Assembly: GCA_964613715.1 (NCBI GenBank)
Contig: CAZTJK010000004.1
Coordinates: 3,834 to 67,833 of the forward strand
Length of the DNA: 64,000 nucleotides
Reading direction: 5' to 3'
Source of the DNA: an uncultured Candidatus Saccharibacteria bacterium
GTDB lineage: Bacteria > Patescibacteriota > Minisyncoccia > Phycocordibacterales > GWA1-40-21
Position numbers and translations under genes: made by a program. The stretch's first letter is position 1. Every line of letters starts with the position of its first letter. The notes under the pieces are model-generated. The model made no database searches. It was not told the DNA's origin and worked only from the letters and a program-made list of their open reading frames with translations. Shown here piece after piece: positions 44,898-53,368 of the stretch.

Positions 44898-44921
44898 AAA
44901 AAGACGCCCGAGGGCGTCTTT
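44898..44921 (-). terminator. intrinsic terminator directly after rplK
   Basis: AAGACGCC-cgag-GGCGTCTT followed on the minus strand by TTTTTGG. No L1 gene follows. Confidence 0.55.
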
Positions 44922-44931
44922 GCTTTGGATC

Positions 44932-45354
44932 TTATTTGACGTCGACTCCCATTGAGCGAGCGGCGCCTTCAACCATTTTCATGGCAGCGTCGAGGTCATT
45001 GGCATTCATGTCGACGAGCTTGCGCTCCGCGATTTCCTTGACCTGTGCCTTGGTGATGGTGCCGATCTTTTTCGTGTTCGGCTTGCCAGAACCCTTTTCC
45101 TGGCCGAGCGCCTTCAGGATGAGCTTGGCAGTTGGCGGGGTCTTGAGGACGAAATCATATGAGCGGTCCTCGTAGACGGTGATGACCACTGGCAGCGTAT
45201 CGCCGATCATGGCTTTCGTCGCCGTGTTGAACTTGTTGATGAAGTCACCAATATTGATGCCGGCCTGGCCGAGCACCGGACCGACTGGCGGCGCTGGAAC
45301 GGCCTTGCCTGCCGGGATCTGGAGCTTCAATTTTTTCATTATTTTCTTCGCCAT
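44932..45354 (-). CDS. rplK: 50S ribosomal protein L11
   Basis: [25 protein letters not shown]...; 140 aa. Confidence 0.92.
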   Translation of the reverse strand: MAKKIMKKLKLQIPAGKAVPAPPVGPVLGQAGINIGDFINKFNTATKAMIGDTLPVVITVYEDRSYDFVLKTPPTAKLILKALGQEKGSGKPNTKKIGTITKAQVKEIAERKLVDMNANDLDAAMKMVEGAARSMGVDVK

Positions 45355-45418
45355 AGTGTATATGTGTTAGGTTGTCCGAGGCCTCGATACGGTATCAAAG
45401 AAGGCCCGGAAAGTAAAG

Positions 45419-45964
45419 CTAGAGCTTGCGGATCTGCAGGAGATCAAGCTCGACCGACGTCTCGCGGCCGAACATGAGCACCATGACGCGCGCCTTGCCC
45501 TTTTCGGAATCGATCTCGCTGATCTTGCCCTCGAGATCCTTGAACGGGCCATCGATAATCTTGACCGGATCGCCAAGCGCGAAATCCACGGCGTGCGTAA
45601 CCGCCTGATTGTTCATGCGGCCGAGCAGGAAGTCGATCTCCTTCTGCGAAAGCGGCACCGGATAGACGCCTGCGCCGACGAATCCCGTTACGCGCGGCGT
45701 ATTGCGCACGACGAACCACGATTCATCCGTCACGACCATGTCAACGAGGATATAGCCCGGGTATATCTTCTCTTCTTCCTCGATGCGCTTATTACCCTTG
45801 ATCTTGATCTTCTTCTCGGTCGGCACGACGACAGCAAAAATCTTGTCGTTCATATTGAGCGAATCGATGCGCTGCTTCAGGTTGCGGGCAACGGCGTTCT
45901 CATACCCTGCATAGGTGTGGATCGCGTACCAGTGCCTGCCCTGCTCTATTGTTTGTTTTGCCAT
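45419..45964 (-). CDS. nusG: transcription termination/antitermination factor NusG
   Basis: NGN domain (WYAIHTYAGYENAV) and a C-terminal KOW domain (GDPVKIIDGPFKDLEGKI). Confidence 0.9.
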   Translation of the reverse strand: MAKQTIEQGRHWYAIHTYAGYENAVARNLKQRIDSLNMNDKIFAVVVPTEKKIKIKGNKRIEEEEKIYPGYILVDMVVTDESWFVVRNTPRVTGFVGAGVYPVPLSQKEIDFLLGRMNNQAVTHAVDFALGDPVKIIDGPFKDLEGKISEIDSEKGKARVMVLMFGRETSVELDLLQIRKL

Positions 45965-45982
45965 AGGTGAAAGTAAGTGGGG

Positions 45983-46165
45983 TTAGATGAGCGACTTGAG
46001 CCCGAGCGAAAAGACATAATCAAGGCCGCCGAGATATGCCGCAAGAACGAGAGAGATGAGCACGACGAGCGAGACAAATACGGTGGTCTGCGTGCGAGTC
46101 GGCCAAGAGACATGGGTCATTTCTTCCCGGGTTTCCTTGATGTAGTTTGCGAGGCGTGAAATCAT
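45983..46165 (-). CDS. secE: preprotein translocase subunit SecE
   Basis: 60 aa with a single C-terminal TM helix; conserved secE-nusG-rplK order. Confidence 0.75.
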   Translation of the reverse strand: MISRLANYIKETREEMTHVSWPTRTQTTVFVSLVVLISLVLAAYLGGLDYVFSLGLKSLI

Positions 46166-46233
46166 GTTTTTGTATTTTAAAACCCCCTGCGGGGGCTTAC
46201 ACCTTCAGAATACCAAGGATATGCAGGAAATGC

Positions 46234-46267
46234 AAGAGCGGGCGGCCCGAAGGGCCGCCCGCTCTTT
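46234..46267. repeat. perfect 15-bp GC-rich inverted repeat (AAGAGCGGGCGGCCC-gaa-GGGCCGCCCGCTCTT)
   Basis: It lies between the SIMPL-gene stop and the secE start with no clear U-tract, so it may be a terminator or processing hairpin. Confidence 0.45.
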
Positions 46268-46285
46268 TCCCCACTCAAAATCTGG

Positions 46286-47080
46286 TTAGCGGATTTCGTA
46301 GGTAATGGTGACGTTCGAAGTGATCTTGTCTTCACCGGTCGGCAATACCGCTTCAGATTTTGCCATGCCGCCCATATCGGCACTCATGGTCGCATAGTAC
46401 GGGCGCGGATAGTTTCCGCCCTCCGAATACGACATGATCTTGCCAAGGCTCACGCCGAGCGACTTCGCAAGGCTCTTGGCTTGCTCGCGGGCGTCGGCGA
46501 TAGCCTGGTCGCGGGCTTGCCTGACGAGATCATCATACTTATCCTCGGTGAAATTGAGGCCGCTCATATTCGTGACATTGAATACGGACAAATCGGTCAC
46601 GATCTTGCCCACTTTCGAAATATCGCGGATCTTCAGATCGATCGAATCGGTGACATCATAGCCGGCGAGGACTTGCTTGCCGCCGTACGGATAGTTCGGC
46701 GAATTCAGATAATTGTAGCGCGGAGTAATCGTATAGCCAGTCGTCTTGATATCCTTTTCATCGATACCGTCGGCTTTGAGCGCAGCGACGATCTTGCCGA
46801 TCTTTGTATTCACGGCATCCGAAGCTTTCGATACGTCGAGATCTTCTTCCATCACTGAGAATGATATGGTTGCGATATCCGGCTTCACGGCTATTTCGCC
46901 TTTGCCTGATACGACGATGCTATTCTGATCGGTACCCTTATGGCCGTATCCGACCCAGCCGAATGCTTTCGCCGCGAAAAATGCGACGAGAAGGATCAGG
47001 ATTATCTTGAAGAATTTCCTATGGCCGCCATGGTAATAGCCATTGCAGCAGCCGCACACATTATTTTTTTCCTTGTCCAT
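46286..47080 (-). CDS. SIMPL/DUF541 (BP26-like) domain protein with N-terminal Cys-rich motif and TM anchor
   Basis: SIMPL-like blocks (ISFSV...DAVNTKIGKIVAALKADGIDEKDIKTTGYTITPRY...QVLAGYDVTDSIDLKIRD...RDQAIADAREQAKSLAKSLG) and an N-terminal CGCCNGYYHGGH motif. Confidence 0.6.
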   Translation of the reverse strand: MDKEKNNVCGCCNGYYHGGHRKFFKIILILLVAFFAAKAFGWVGYGHKGTDQNSIVVSGKGEIAVKPDIATISFSVMEEDLDVSKASDAVNTKIGKIVAALKADGIDEKDIKTTGYTITPRYNYLNSPNYPYGGKQVLAGYDVTDSIDLKIRDISKVGKIVTDLSVFNVTNMSGLNFTEDKYDDLVRQARDQAIADAREQAKSLAKSLGVSLGKIMSYSEGGNYPRPYYATMSADMGGMAKSEAVLPTGEDKITSNVTITYEIR

Positions 47081-47105
47081 ATATTTTTTGTTTAGATGAG
47101 TAAAG

Positions 47106-47963
47106 CTATTCCAGACCTGTCTGCCTCTTATATGCTATCAAAAGATTCTGAAAAAGAGAAACAACGGTCATGGGCCCGACTCCGCCCGGTACGGGTGTAA
47201 TGGCAGAAACGAGAGGCGCCACCTCATCAAAATCAACATCGCCGGCGATTGTATGACCTACTTTCGTAATGCCGACATCGATCACGATCTGGCCTTCGCG
47301 AACGAAATCTTTCGTGACGAGCTTCGGCACACCCGCTGCGCTTATCAGGATATCTGCCTGCTTGGATTTTTCTGGAATATGCTCCGTACCCTTGTGGCAG
47401 ACCGTCACGACCGCTCCTCGATGCGCGCACGCAAGCGCGACCGGATGGCCTACAAGTACCGAGCGTCCGATCACCGTCACTTTTTTTCCGGAAAGAGAGA
47501 TATGATAAAAATCAAGGAGCGAAAGAATGCCTTTCGCGGTTGCTGGGATGAATCCGTCGTCTTGATTTTCTTCAAGTAGCTTGGCATTCGTCGAATGCAA
47601 ACCATCCACGTCTTTGGCCGGATCGATAGATTCAATAACCACAGTCTTATTGATATGCGATGGCAATGGCAGCTGCACAATGATGCCGTTTACTGCTTTA
47701 TCAGTATTCAGCTTTTGTATTTGGGCGCATAATTCTGATTCGGCTATCGAGGCGGCATATTGGATATGATCGACGGTCACGCCGATCTTCGCACCGAAAC
47801 GCTTTTTCTGTTCGACATATGCTGTCGAGCGCTCGTCAGCACCGACTTGAATAATGGCGAGCTTCGGCTTCGTGCCGAGAACTGCCAATTCCGATTGCAT
47901 ATTCGCCGCGAGCATGTCGCGGACTTTTTTTCCGTCAAGAATCTGCGTCATATTAGTTTGCAC
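47106..47963 (-). CDS. folD: bifunctional methylenetetrahydrofolate dehydrogenase/cyclohydrolase
   Basis: FolD signature regions (IIQVGADERSTAYV, GIIVQLPLP, VTVIGRSVLVGHPVA). Confidence 0.9.
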   Translation of the reverse strand: MQTNMTQILDGKKVRDMLAANMQSELAVLGTKPKLAIIQVGADERSTAYVEQKKRFGAKIGVTVDHIQYAASIAESELCAQIQKLNTDKAVNGIIVQLPLPSHINKTVVIESIDPAKDVDGLHSTNAKLLEENQDDGFIPATAKGILSLLDFYHISLSGKKVTVIGRSVLVGHPVALACAHRGAVVTVCHKGTEHIPEKSKQADILISAAGVPKLVTKDFVREGQIVIDVGITKVGHTIAGDVDFDEVAPLVSAITPVPGGVGPMTVVSLFQNLLIAYKRQTGLE

Positions 47964-48822
47964 ACCAACGTGTGAAAATGCCTGCCGGCAGAAGGCGCTT
48001 TCCGTTCGATTCCTCGATAGTCAGCTCGCCATATTCGAAAGCGCCGCCAAAGGTTTCAAGAAGCGGCTTGAGTAATTGATAATATGCGACGGCCGAATAT
48101 CCTGATGCATAGCCGTTCAAGATGAAAAAAAGCGGTTTTTCAGAAAGGATTTTTGAACAGTCTTCGAGCAGCTTCAGAAGATCAGCCTCTATATTCCATA
48201 TTTCTCCTTTGCCGCCGCGGCCGAATGCCGGCGGATCCATGATGATGGCATCATATTTCACTCCCCGCTTGATTTCGCGCATGACAAATTTCCGCGCATC
48301 ATCGATGAGCCAGCGCACCGGCTTCGCCGAAAGGCCTGATGCTGCGGCATTTTCCTTCGCCCAGCCGACAACGGCTTTTGATCCGTCGACATGGGTCACT
48401 TCGGCGCCGGCATAAAGAGCAGCAAGGGTAGCTGCGCCGGTATATCCGAAGAGATTGAGCACTTTGACCGGCCGACCGGCACGCGTGATGCGCTCGGCGA
48501 TCCATTTCCAATTCGAATCCTGCTCGGGGAAGATGCCAGTATGCTTGAATGCCGTCGGCTCCACATTGAGCGTAAGCGGCCCGAAGGACACCCGCCAGGC
48601 AGCCGGCATGGCGGCATTCTTCTTTTTCCACGATTTGCGATCGGCATCGAAGGTCGCATCTGCCGCTTTCCATTCAGATTCAGGAAGCGATTTTGTCCAA
48701 AGCGCCTGCGGATCTGGCCGGCGCAGGATGTACGCGCCCCAACGCTCGAGCTTTTCGCCCGCGCCGCTGTCAATGAGCTCGTAATCCTTGCCCGGCTTCG
48801 TAATGAGAGTTTTTGGTTCCAT
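47953..48822 (-). CDS. class I SAM-dependent RNA methyltransferase (RlmI/YccW-like)
   Basis: SAM-binding motif I (VLNLFGYTGAATLAALYAGA) and motif IV (IMDPPAF) with RlmI-like flanking conservation. Confidence 0.6.
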   Translation of the reverse strand: MEPKTLITKPGKDYELIDSGAGEKLERWGAYILRRPDPQALWTKSLPESEWKAADATFDADRKSWKKKNAAMPAAWRVSFGPLTLNVEPTAFKHTGIFPEQDSNWKWIAERITRAGRPVKVLNLFGYTGAATLAALYAGAEVTHVDGSKAVVGWAKENAAASGLSAKPVRWLIDDARKFVMREIKRGVKYDAIIMDPPAFGRGGKGEIWNIEADLLKLLEDCSKILSEKPLFFILNGYASGYSAVAYYQLLKPLLETFGGAFEYGELTIEESNGKRLLPAGIFTRWCAN

Positions 48823-48873
48823 CGCAAAAACTGTAGCACAGATCGCCCTATTTATAAACGATACGCTTCCGTG

Positions 48874-48902
48874 TTGACTTCAGAACGTGGCAGGCATAGA
48901 GT
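48874..48902 (+). promoter_or_regulatory. candidate promoter TTGACT, 17 nt, TAGAGT
   Basis: A near-consensus -35 with a 17-nt spacer. It overlaps the GTG-initiated 5' extension of track ORF 48887..49198, so I prefer the ATG at 48944. Confidence 0.35.
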
Positions 48903-48943
48903 ATGGGCAGGCAGCGTTGTTCAAAAAATCAAAGGAGGGTGCT

Positions 48944-49198
48944 ATGGCTCCCAAGCTTTCGGGCGCTCGGAAGACACTGTTTCCGAACGGTCCGTATATG
49001 AAAACAACATCCAAAGATGAAACGTTCTCGATGGTGCGCAAAGGGAAATATATCATCGCCATCTGGACATCAGCCGTGAAAAAAGCGGTGAGAGACGGCT
49101 GGAAAAAGGTCGGGAGCAAAAGGCTCGACCCGGATGATGCGATCAATGAAGCGAAAGGCTACGCAGCGGAAAATAGCCTGAAGTTTCTTCCGCAGTAG
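48944..49198 (+). CDS. hypothetical small basic protein (84 aa)
   Basis: ATG at 48944 preceded by the SD AAAGGAGGG at a 5-nt spacing, and followed by its own terminator. Confidence 0.5.
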   Translation: MAPKLSGARKTLFPNGPYMKTTSKDETFSMVRKGKYIIAIWTSAVKKAVRDGWKKVGSKRLDPDDAINEAKGYAAENSLKFLPQ

Positions 49199-49211
49199 GC
49201 AAAGTGCTAGG

Positions 49212-49244
49212 GCGCGCGTAGAAATACGTGCGCTTTTTTCTTTT
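49212..49244 (+). terminator. intrinsic terminator
   Basis: GCGCGCGTA-gaaa-TACGTGCGC (one G-U pair) followed by TTTTTTCTTTT. Confidence 0.55.
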
Positions 49245-50016
49245 ATCGGATGCCGAATACGCGACGAGCGTTCGCAAGCAGTTGTGTTCGTACTTTTTCC
49301 ATATCATCGCCGCGTAGCTCGGCAATTTTTTTCACTGTTTCGATGACATATGCCGGCTCATTACGCTTGCCGCGATATGGCTTCGGCGCTGCAAAAGGAG
49401 AATCCGTCTCGGCATGCATCATATCGAGCGGCGCATCTTTCACCGCTTCCTCGGTCTCTTTTGCAAAGGTGATAACGCCCGAAAATGAGACGGTGAGGCC
49501 GAGATCGTTGAACTTTGTGGCCCACTCGGCGCTCCCGGTGAAGAAATGCACGTTACCGCGAACTTTCTCGCCGTATGATTTTAGAATATCGTATGCATCC
49601 GCGTATGCATCGCGGATATGGAGCATGAGCGGCTTGTCGTACTTCACCGCAAACTCGATCTGCTTCACGAATTCTTTTTTCTGGCGCGCTTTTTCTGCTG
49701 CCAGATCGCCCACGAAGCGGAAATAATCGAGGCCGCATTCCCCTATCGCCACGACTTTCGGGCTTTTCACAAGCTCCGCGAAATCTTTTTCCTCGAACAC
49801 GAAATCTGCATTGTCCCGCGGATGCGCGCCGATGCAAGCCCACAGATTTTCATGCGCTTCCGCGAGCTTCACTGCTTCGCGCGAGGTCTCTAGATCAACA
49901 CCAACAACTATTGCTCCAACACCTGCTTCACGCATGCGCGCCATTACCGCTGCCTGATCTGCGCCATAATCGACAAAAGAGATATGCGAATGAATATCGA
50001 TATACTTTAATTCCAT
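49243..50016 (-). CDS. tatD: TatD family metal-dependent hydrolase
   Basis: IDIHSHISF, MLHIRDA, HFFTGS and DSP metal-binding motifs. The track ORF begins at a TTG at 50022; the first ATG is at 50016. Confidence 0.85.
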   Translation of the reverse strand: MELKYIDIHSHISFVDYGADQAAVMARMREAGVGAIVVGVDLETSREAVKLAEAHENLWACIGAHPRDNADFVFEEKDFAELVKSPKVVAIGECGLDYFRFVGDLAAEKARQKKEFVKQIEFAVKYDKPLMLHIRDAYADAYDILKSYGEKVRGNVHFFTGSAEWATKFNDLGLTVSFSGVITFAKETEEAVKDAPLDMMHAETDSPFAAPKPYRGKRNEPAYVIETVKKIAELRGDDMEKVRTQLLANARRVFGIR

Positions 50017-50034
50017 GAGCAAATACTAGCATAG

Positions 50035-50063
50035 AAAAACCCTCTGCTTTGAAACAGAGGGTT
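50035..50063 (-). terminator. intrinsic terminator
   Basis: AACCCTCTG-ctttgaaa-CAGAGGGTT with a U-tract on the minus strand; it overlaps the stop of the 50062..50586 gene. Confidence 0.5.
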
Positions 50064-50586
50064 ATCTTACTTCTCGGACTCCGACGAATGCTACGCCCAT
50101 CGGCTGGAATTGGCACATAAAGACATCGGCCATACATTCACCATTGAAACCATAGAGAACCGGAGCAAATTGGCCGTCATCTTGAGAATACACCGAACCA
50201 AGAGCGAACAATACCTCTCTCGATGCAATGATCTGCTCTCGGCATTGTACGGCATAGAACAGAAGCTCTTTCAGATTCGCCGGCCTGAAACCCGCCCGCT
50301 TCATTTGAGCACCGATCGCATCGACATGAAATCCGGACCGATCGTGCATCCGGCGCAATGCGATGATCGCCTGGTCTACTACGCTCGGTGCACCGACTGT
50401 TTTCGGATAGAATTCGCAAAACATGAGCGATTTCTTTCCCTGCTCGCACGATGCAAGATGCTCCTGTTTGAGCGACCAGGTATAGCGATAATGACCGAGT
50501 CGGGCCAGATCCTGTACAGAACAGCTATAATCTACCGTGAGCTTGACGCCTTTCCTCTTCTGCAACAGAAAGATAAGATCTCCCAT
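50062..50586 (-). CDS. hypothetical protein (174 aa), no recognisable domain
   Basis: Clean ORF with codon usage like its neighbours and a terminator directly after the stop. Confidence 0.45.
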   Translation of the reverse strand: MGDLIFLLQKRKGVKLTVDYSCSVQDLARLGHYRYTWSLKQEHLASCEQGKKSLMFCEFYPKTVGAPSVVDQAIIALRRMHDRSGFHVDAIGAQMKRAGFRPANLKELLFYAVQCREQIIASREVLFALGSVYSQDDGQFAPVLYGFNGECMADVFMCQFQPMGVAFVGVREVR

Positions 50587-50647
50587 CGCAGCCTCCTTTC
50601 AAGGCTCATCTCATGTAAACCTAGCACAGAATCTGCGAACAGTATAT

Positions 50648-52117
50648 TTAATCTTTCCTCGCAAAAAGCGGCGTTTCTGGCTTCTTGTTTTCTTTGATGA
50701 GTACAAGCATCTTTTCTGCGGTTTCTGCTAAAAACGGCTTGAGATTATAGGCGATTTCGGCAAGGCAGGCAATATATTCTTCGAGCAGTTTCTTGCCCGC
50801 CGCGGCATCGGTTTTCACCACTTTGAATACTTGCTCATCGGAAATTCTCTTGTCGAGCTTGCCAACGAGCGTCCAGACGAGCTCTGCAGCATGCTGAAGA
50901 TTGAAACTATCGAGCGCGCCCGCGACGAATGCATTCATCTCTTTCTTGCATTCGTCCTCTACAATCGCTGCGGCAACTTTCGTATCGATATATTTTTCTG
51001 ACAGCGTGAGAATGCGGCTCGTGAGGTTCCCGATACCGTTCGCAAGGCCAGCATTGTAAGCCTCTTTGAATGCTTCCATGGTAAACGGCGAATCTTCAAA
51101 TGAAGACACTTCGCGCAACAGATAATAGCGCAGCGCGTCTGTGCCGTATTCGGCGACGAGCGCGAGCGGGTCGGCGACATTGCCGAGCGATTTCGACATT
51201 TTCACGCCGCCTGCGCCCGTGATGAAGCCGTCGATCACAATCGTCTGGGAATTTGGCAGTCTTGCAGCCATGAGCATGGCCTGCCACATGGCGGACTGCT
51301 GGCGGAGATTGTCCTTGCCGCAATATTGCACCATGCCGCCACTCTCTACTTGCCATTTCTCGAAGCTTTTTGAGTCACTCGGCCAGCCGATGGTGGAAAT
51401 ATAATTGACGAGTGCGTCGAACCACACATACATCACCTGCTTTTCATCACCTGGCACCGGCACGCCCCAGGGCATCTTCTCGGCAAGGCGCGAAATGGAA
51501 AAATCTTGGAGGCCGCGCGAGACAAATGCCTTGATCTCATTGAAGCGAGTGTCGGGAATGACGAAATGCGGATGCTCGGCATAGAATTTCAAAAGCTTGT
51601 CCTGGAATGCCGACCATTTGAAGAAATAATTCTCTTCGTCGATGAGCTCGAGCTCGAGATTCGGATGATCCTTGCAGCGGCCGTTCTCAAGCTCAGATTC
51701 TGATTTCTCAAGCTCGCAGCCGACGCAGTATTTGACCTGGTAATTCTTCTTGTAGATATAGCCGTTTGTGTCGCAGACCTTCCAAAACTCCTGCGCTGCT
51801 GCGACATGATGCGCATCAGTAGTACGGATGAAATGCACGTCCTCCGAAATACCGAGCTCGGTAAGCGCCGCTTTGAATTTCGCCGCATATGAATCAACGT
51901 ACGCTTGGATATTCTTCCCCTCTTCGGTTGCCTTGCGATAGACCTTCTGGCCATGCTCGTCGGTGCCGGTATTGAAAAAGACATCGAAGCCTTGGAGCTT
52001 CTTATAGCGAGCGATTGTATCTGCGCGGACGAATTCAAGCGCGTGGCCAAGATGCGGCTCTGCGTTCACATACGGCAAAGTCGTCGTGATATAAAAAGGT
52101 TTCTTGTCTCCAGTCAT
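50648..52117 (-). CDS. metG: methionine--tRNA ligase (short form)
   Basis: HLGH (HIGH) and KMSKS motifs and a zinc knuckle (CVGC...C). Confidence 0.92.
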   Translation of the reverse strand: MTGDKKPFYITTTLPYVNAEPHLGHALEFVRADTIARYKKLQGFDVFFNTGTDEHGQKVYRKATEEGKNIQAYVDSYAAKFKAALTELGISEDVHFIRTTDAHHVAAAQEFWKVCDTNGYIYKKNYQVKYCVGCELEKSESELENGRCKDHPNLELELIDEENYFFKWSAFQDKLLKFYAEHPHFVIPDTRFNEIKAFVSRGLQDFSISRLAEKMPWGVPVPGDEKQVMYVWFDALVNYISTIGWPSDSKSFEKWQVESGGMVQYCGKDNLRQQSAMWQAMLMAARLPNSQTIVIDGFITGAGGVKMSKSLGNVADPLALVAEYGTDALRYYLLREVSSFEDSPFTMEAFKEAYNAGLANGIGNLTSRILTLSEKYIDTKVAAAIVEDECKKEMNAFVAGALDSFNLQHAAELVWTLVGKLDKRISDEQVFKVVKTDAAAGKKLLEEYIACLAEIAYNLKPFLAETAEKMLVLIKENKKPETPLFARKD

Positions 52118-52120
52118 AGA

Positions 52121-53287
52121 TCAGATTTTCTCGAGTTCTTCAGCCTTTTTCCAGAACAAGGTCTTGCGCTTCTCGATGTCCTCGATGAATTCCATGAGCG
52201 CCGAGACCATCGGCACGGAGAGGACGATGCCGAGGAATCCGGCAAGCTTTGCGCCGACAATGAGCGCGAGGATGACGATGATCGGCGAAACGCCGACGAT
52301 CTTACGCACCACGAGCGGATAGATGAGATGGCTCTCGAACTGCTGCACGATTACATACAAACCGACGACCAAGAGGCCCGCTGTCACGCCGCCGCCGACA
52401 AAAGCCATGATGATCGCTGGAATGGATGCAAGGATCGGTCCGAAAACGGGAATGATCTCAAGGAGGCCCGAGATGACGGCAAGCATGAGTGCATTATCGA
52501 CGCCAAGAATGACGAGACCAAGATACAAAAGCACGCCGACGAGAATGCCGAGGAGAAGCTGTCCCTGCATCCACTGGCCGATTTTCCGCTGCGAGCGGCG
52601 CCAGAGGTCGACGACGTATTTCTCCTGTTTGACCGGCGTGACGAGGCCGAGGAATTTCGCGACGCCGTCTTCCTGCACCACGAGATAAAACGAGAGCACG
52701 ACGATGAGGATGAAGGAGAGGAGGCCGCCGAACACCGCGCTGACAATTTTCACGAAGCCGTTCGTGACATTCGCCGTAATATCCTGAATGCTCTGAATGA
52801 GATCGCCGATGCCAAACGATGCACCAGTAACAGGAAGCTTCTGGCTTGAAATATCTTTCACAAGCTGCGTCGGATTATTGACTCCTTCGGAAAGGCTCTG
52901 CACCACTTTCTGCGGCGTTGCGATGTCGGAGCTTGTCACTCCGAGCGGATTCCAGAGTGTCGTCGAGTCGATATATTTCGGCAATGCCGCCAGAAATGCG
53001 GAAGTTTCATTCAAGACCGCCGGCACGAAGAAAAAGAGCAGGCCGAAGCAGATGCCGACAAGGCCGAGATACGAAATGATCGCGGCAGGCAGGCGATGCA
53101 CTTTGAATTTCCTGAACCAGAGTATCAGGGGCTCGATGCCGCTTGCGATGACGACGGCCGTCAGCACGACGAGCACGATATCCTTGATGAAAAAGAGAAA
53201 CCAGAAAAGCAAGAGGAGGAGAATCCCCTTCAGGAATGATGCAGGAGTGATATTGACGACGATTTTCGGAGTATCTTTTGATTCCAT
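52121..53287 (-). CDS. AI-2E family transporter (UPF0118/PerM-like)
   Basis: 8 TM helices and the family signature LEIIPVFGPILASIPAIIMAF. Confidence 0.75.
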   Translation of the reverse strand: MESKDTPKIVVNITPASFLKGILLLLLFWFLFFIKDIVLVVLTAVVIASGIEPLILWFRKFKVHRLPAAIISYLGLVGICFGLLFFFVPAVLNETSAFLAALPKYIDSTTLWNPLGVTSSDIATPQKVVQSLSEGVNNPTQLVKDISSQKLPVTGASFGIGDLIQSIQDITANVTNGFVKIVSAVFGGLLSFILIVVLSFYLVVQEDGVAKFLGLVTPVKQEKYVVDLWRRSQRKIGQWMQGQLLLGILVGVLLYLGLVILGVDNALMLAVISGLLEIIPVFGPILASIPAIIMAFVGGGVTAGLLVVGLYVIVQQFESHLIYPLVVRKIVGVSPIIVILALIVGAKLAGFLGIVLSVPMVSALMEFIEDIEKRKTLFWKKAEELEKI

Positions 53288-53325
53288 ACGCGCATCATAG
53301 CACTTCAGAGGGGTTTTTGAAAGGA

Positions 53326-53360
53326 AAACGGGGCGGCGGGCCTTCGGCCCGCCGCCCCGT
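53326..53360 (-). terminator. strong GC hairpin terminator after the pilus-associated large-protein gene
   Basis: AACGGGGCGGCGGGCC-ttcg-GCCCGCCGCCCCGTT: a 16-bp stem with a TTCG tetraloop. Confidence 0.6.
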
Positions 53361-53368
53361 TGAGAGCC

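Noticed and set aside
48887-48943. GTG-initiated 5' extension of the small basic protein ORF
   Set aside because: It overlaps a TTGACT-17-TAGAGT promoter-like element, and the downstream ATG at 48944 has a perfect SD.
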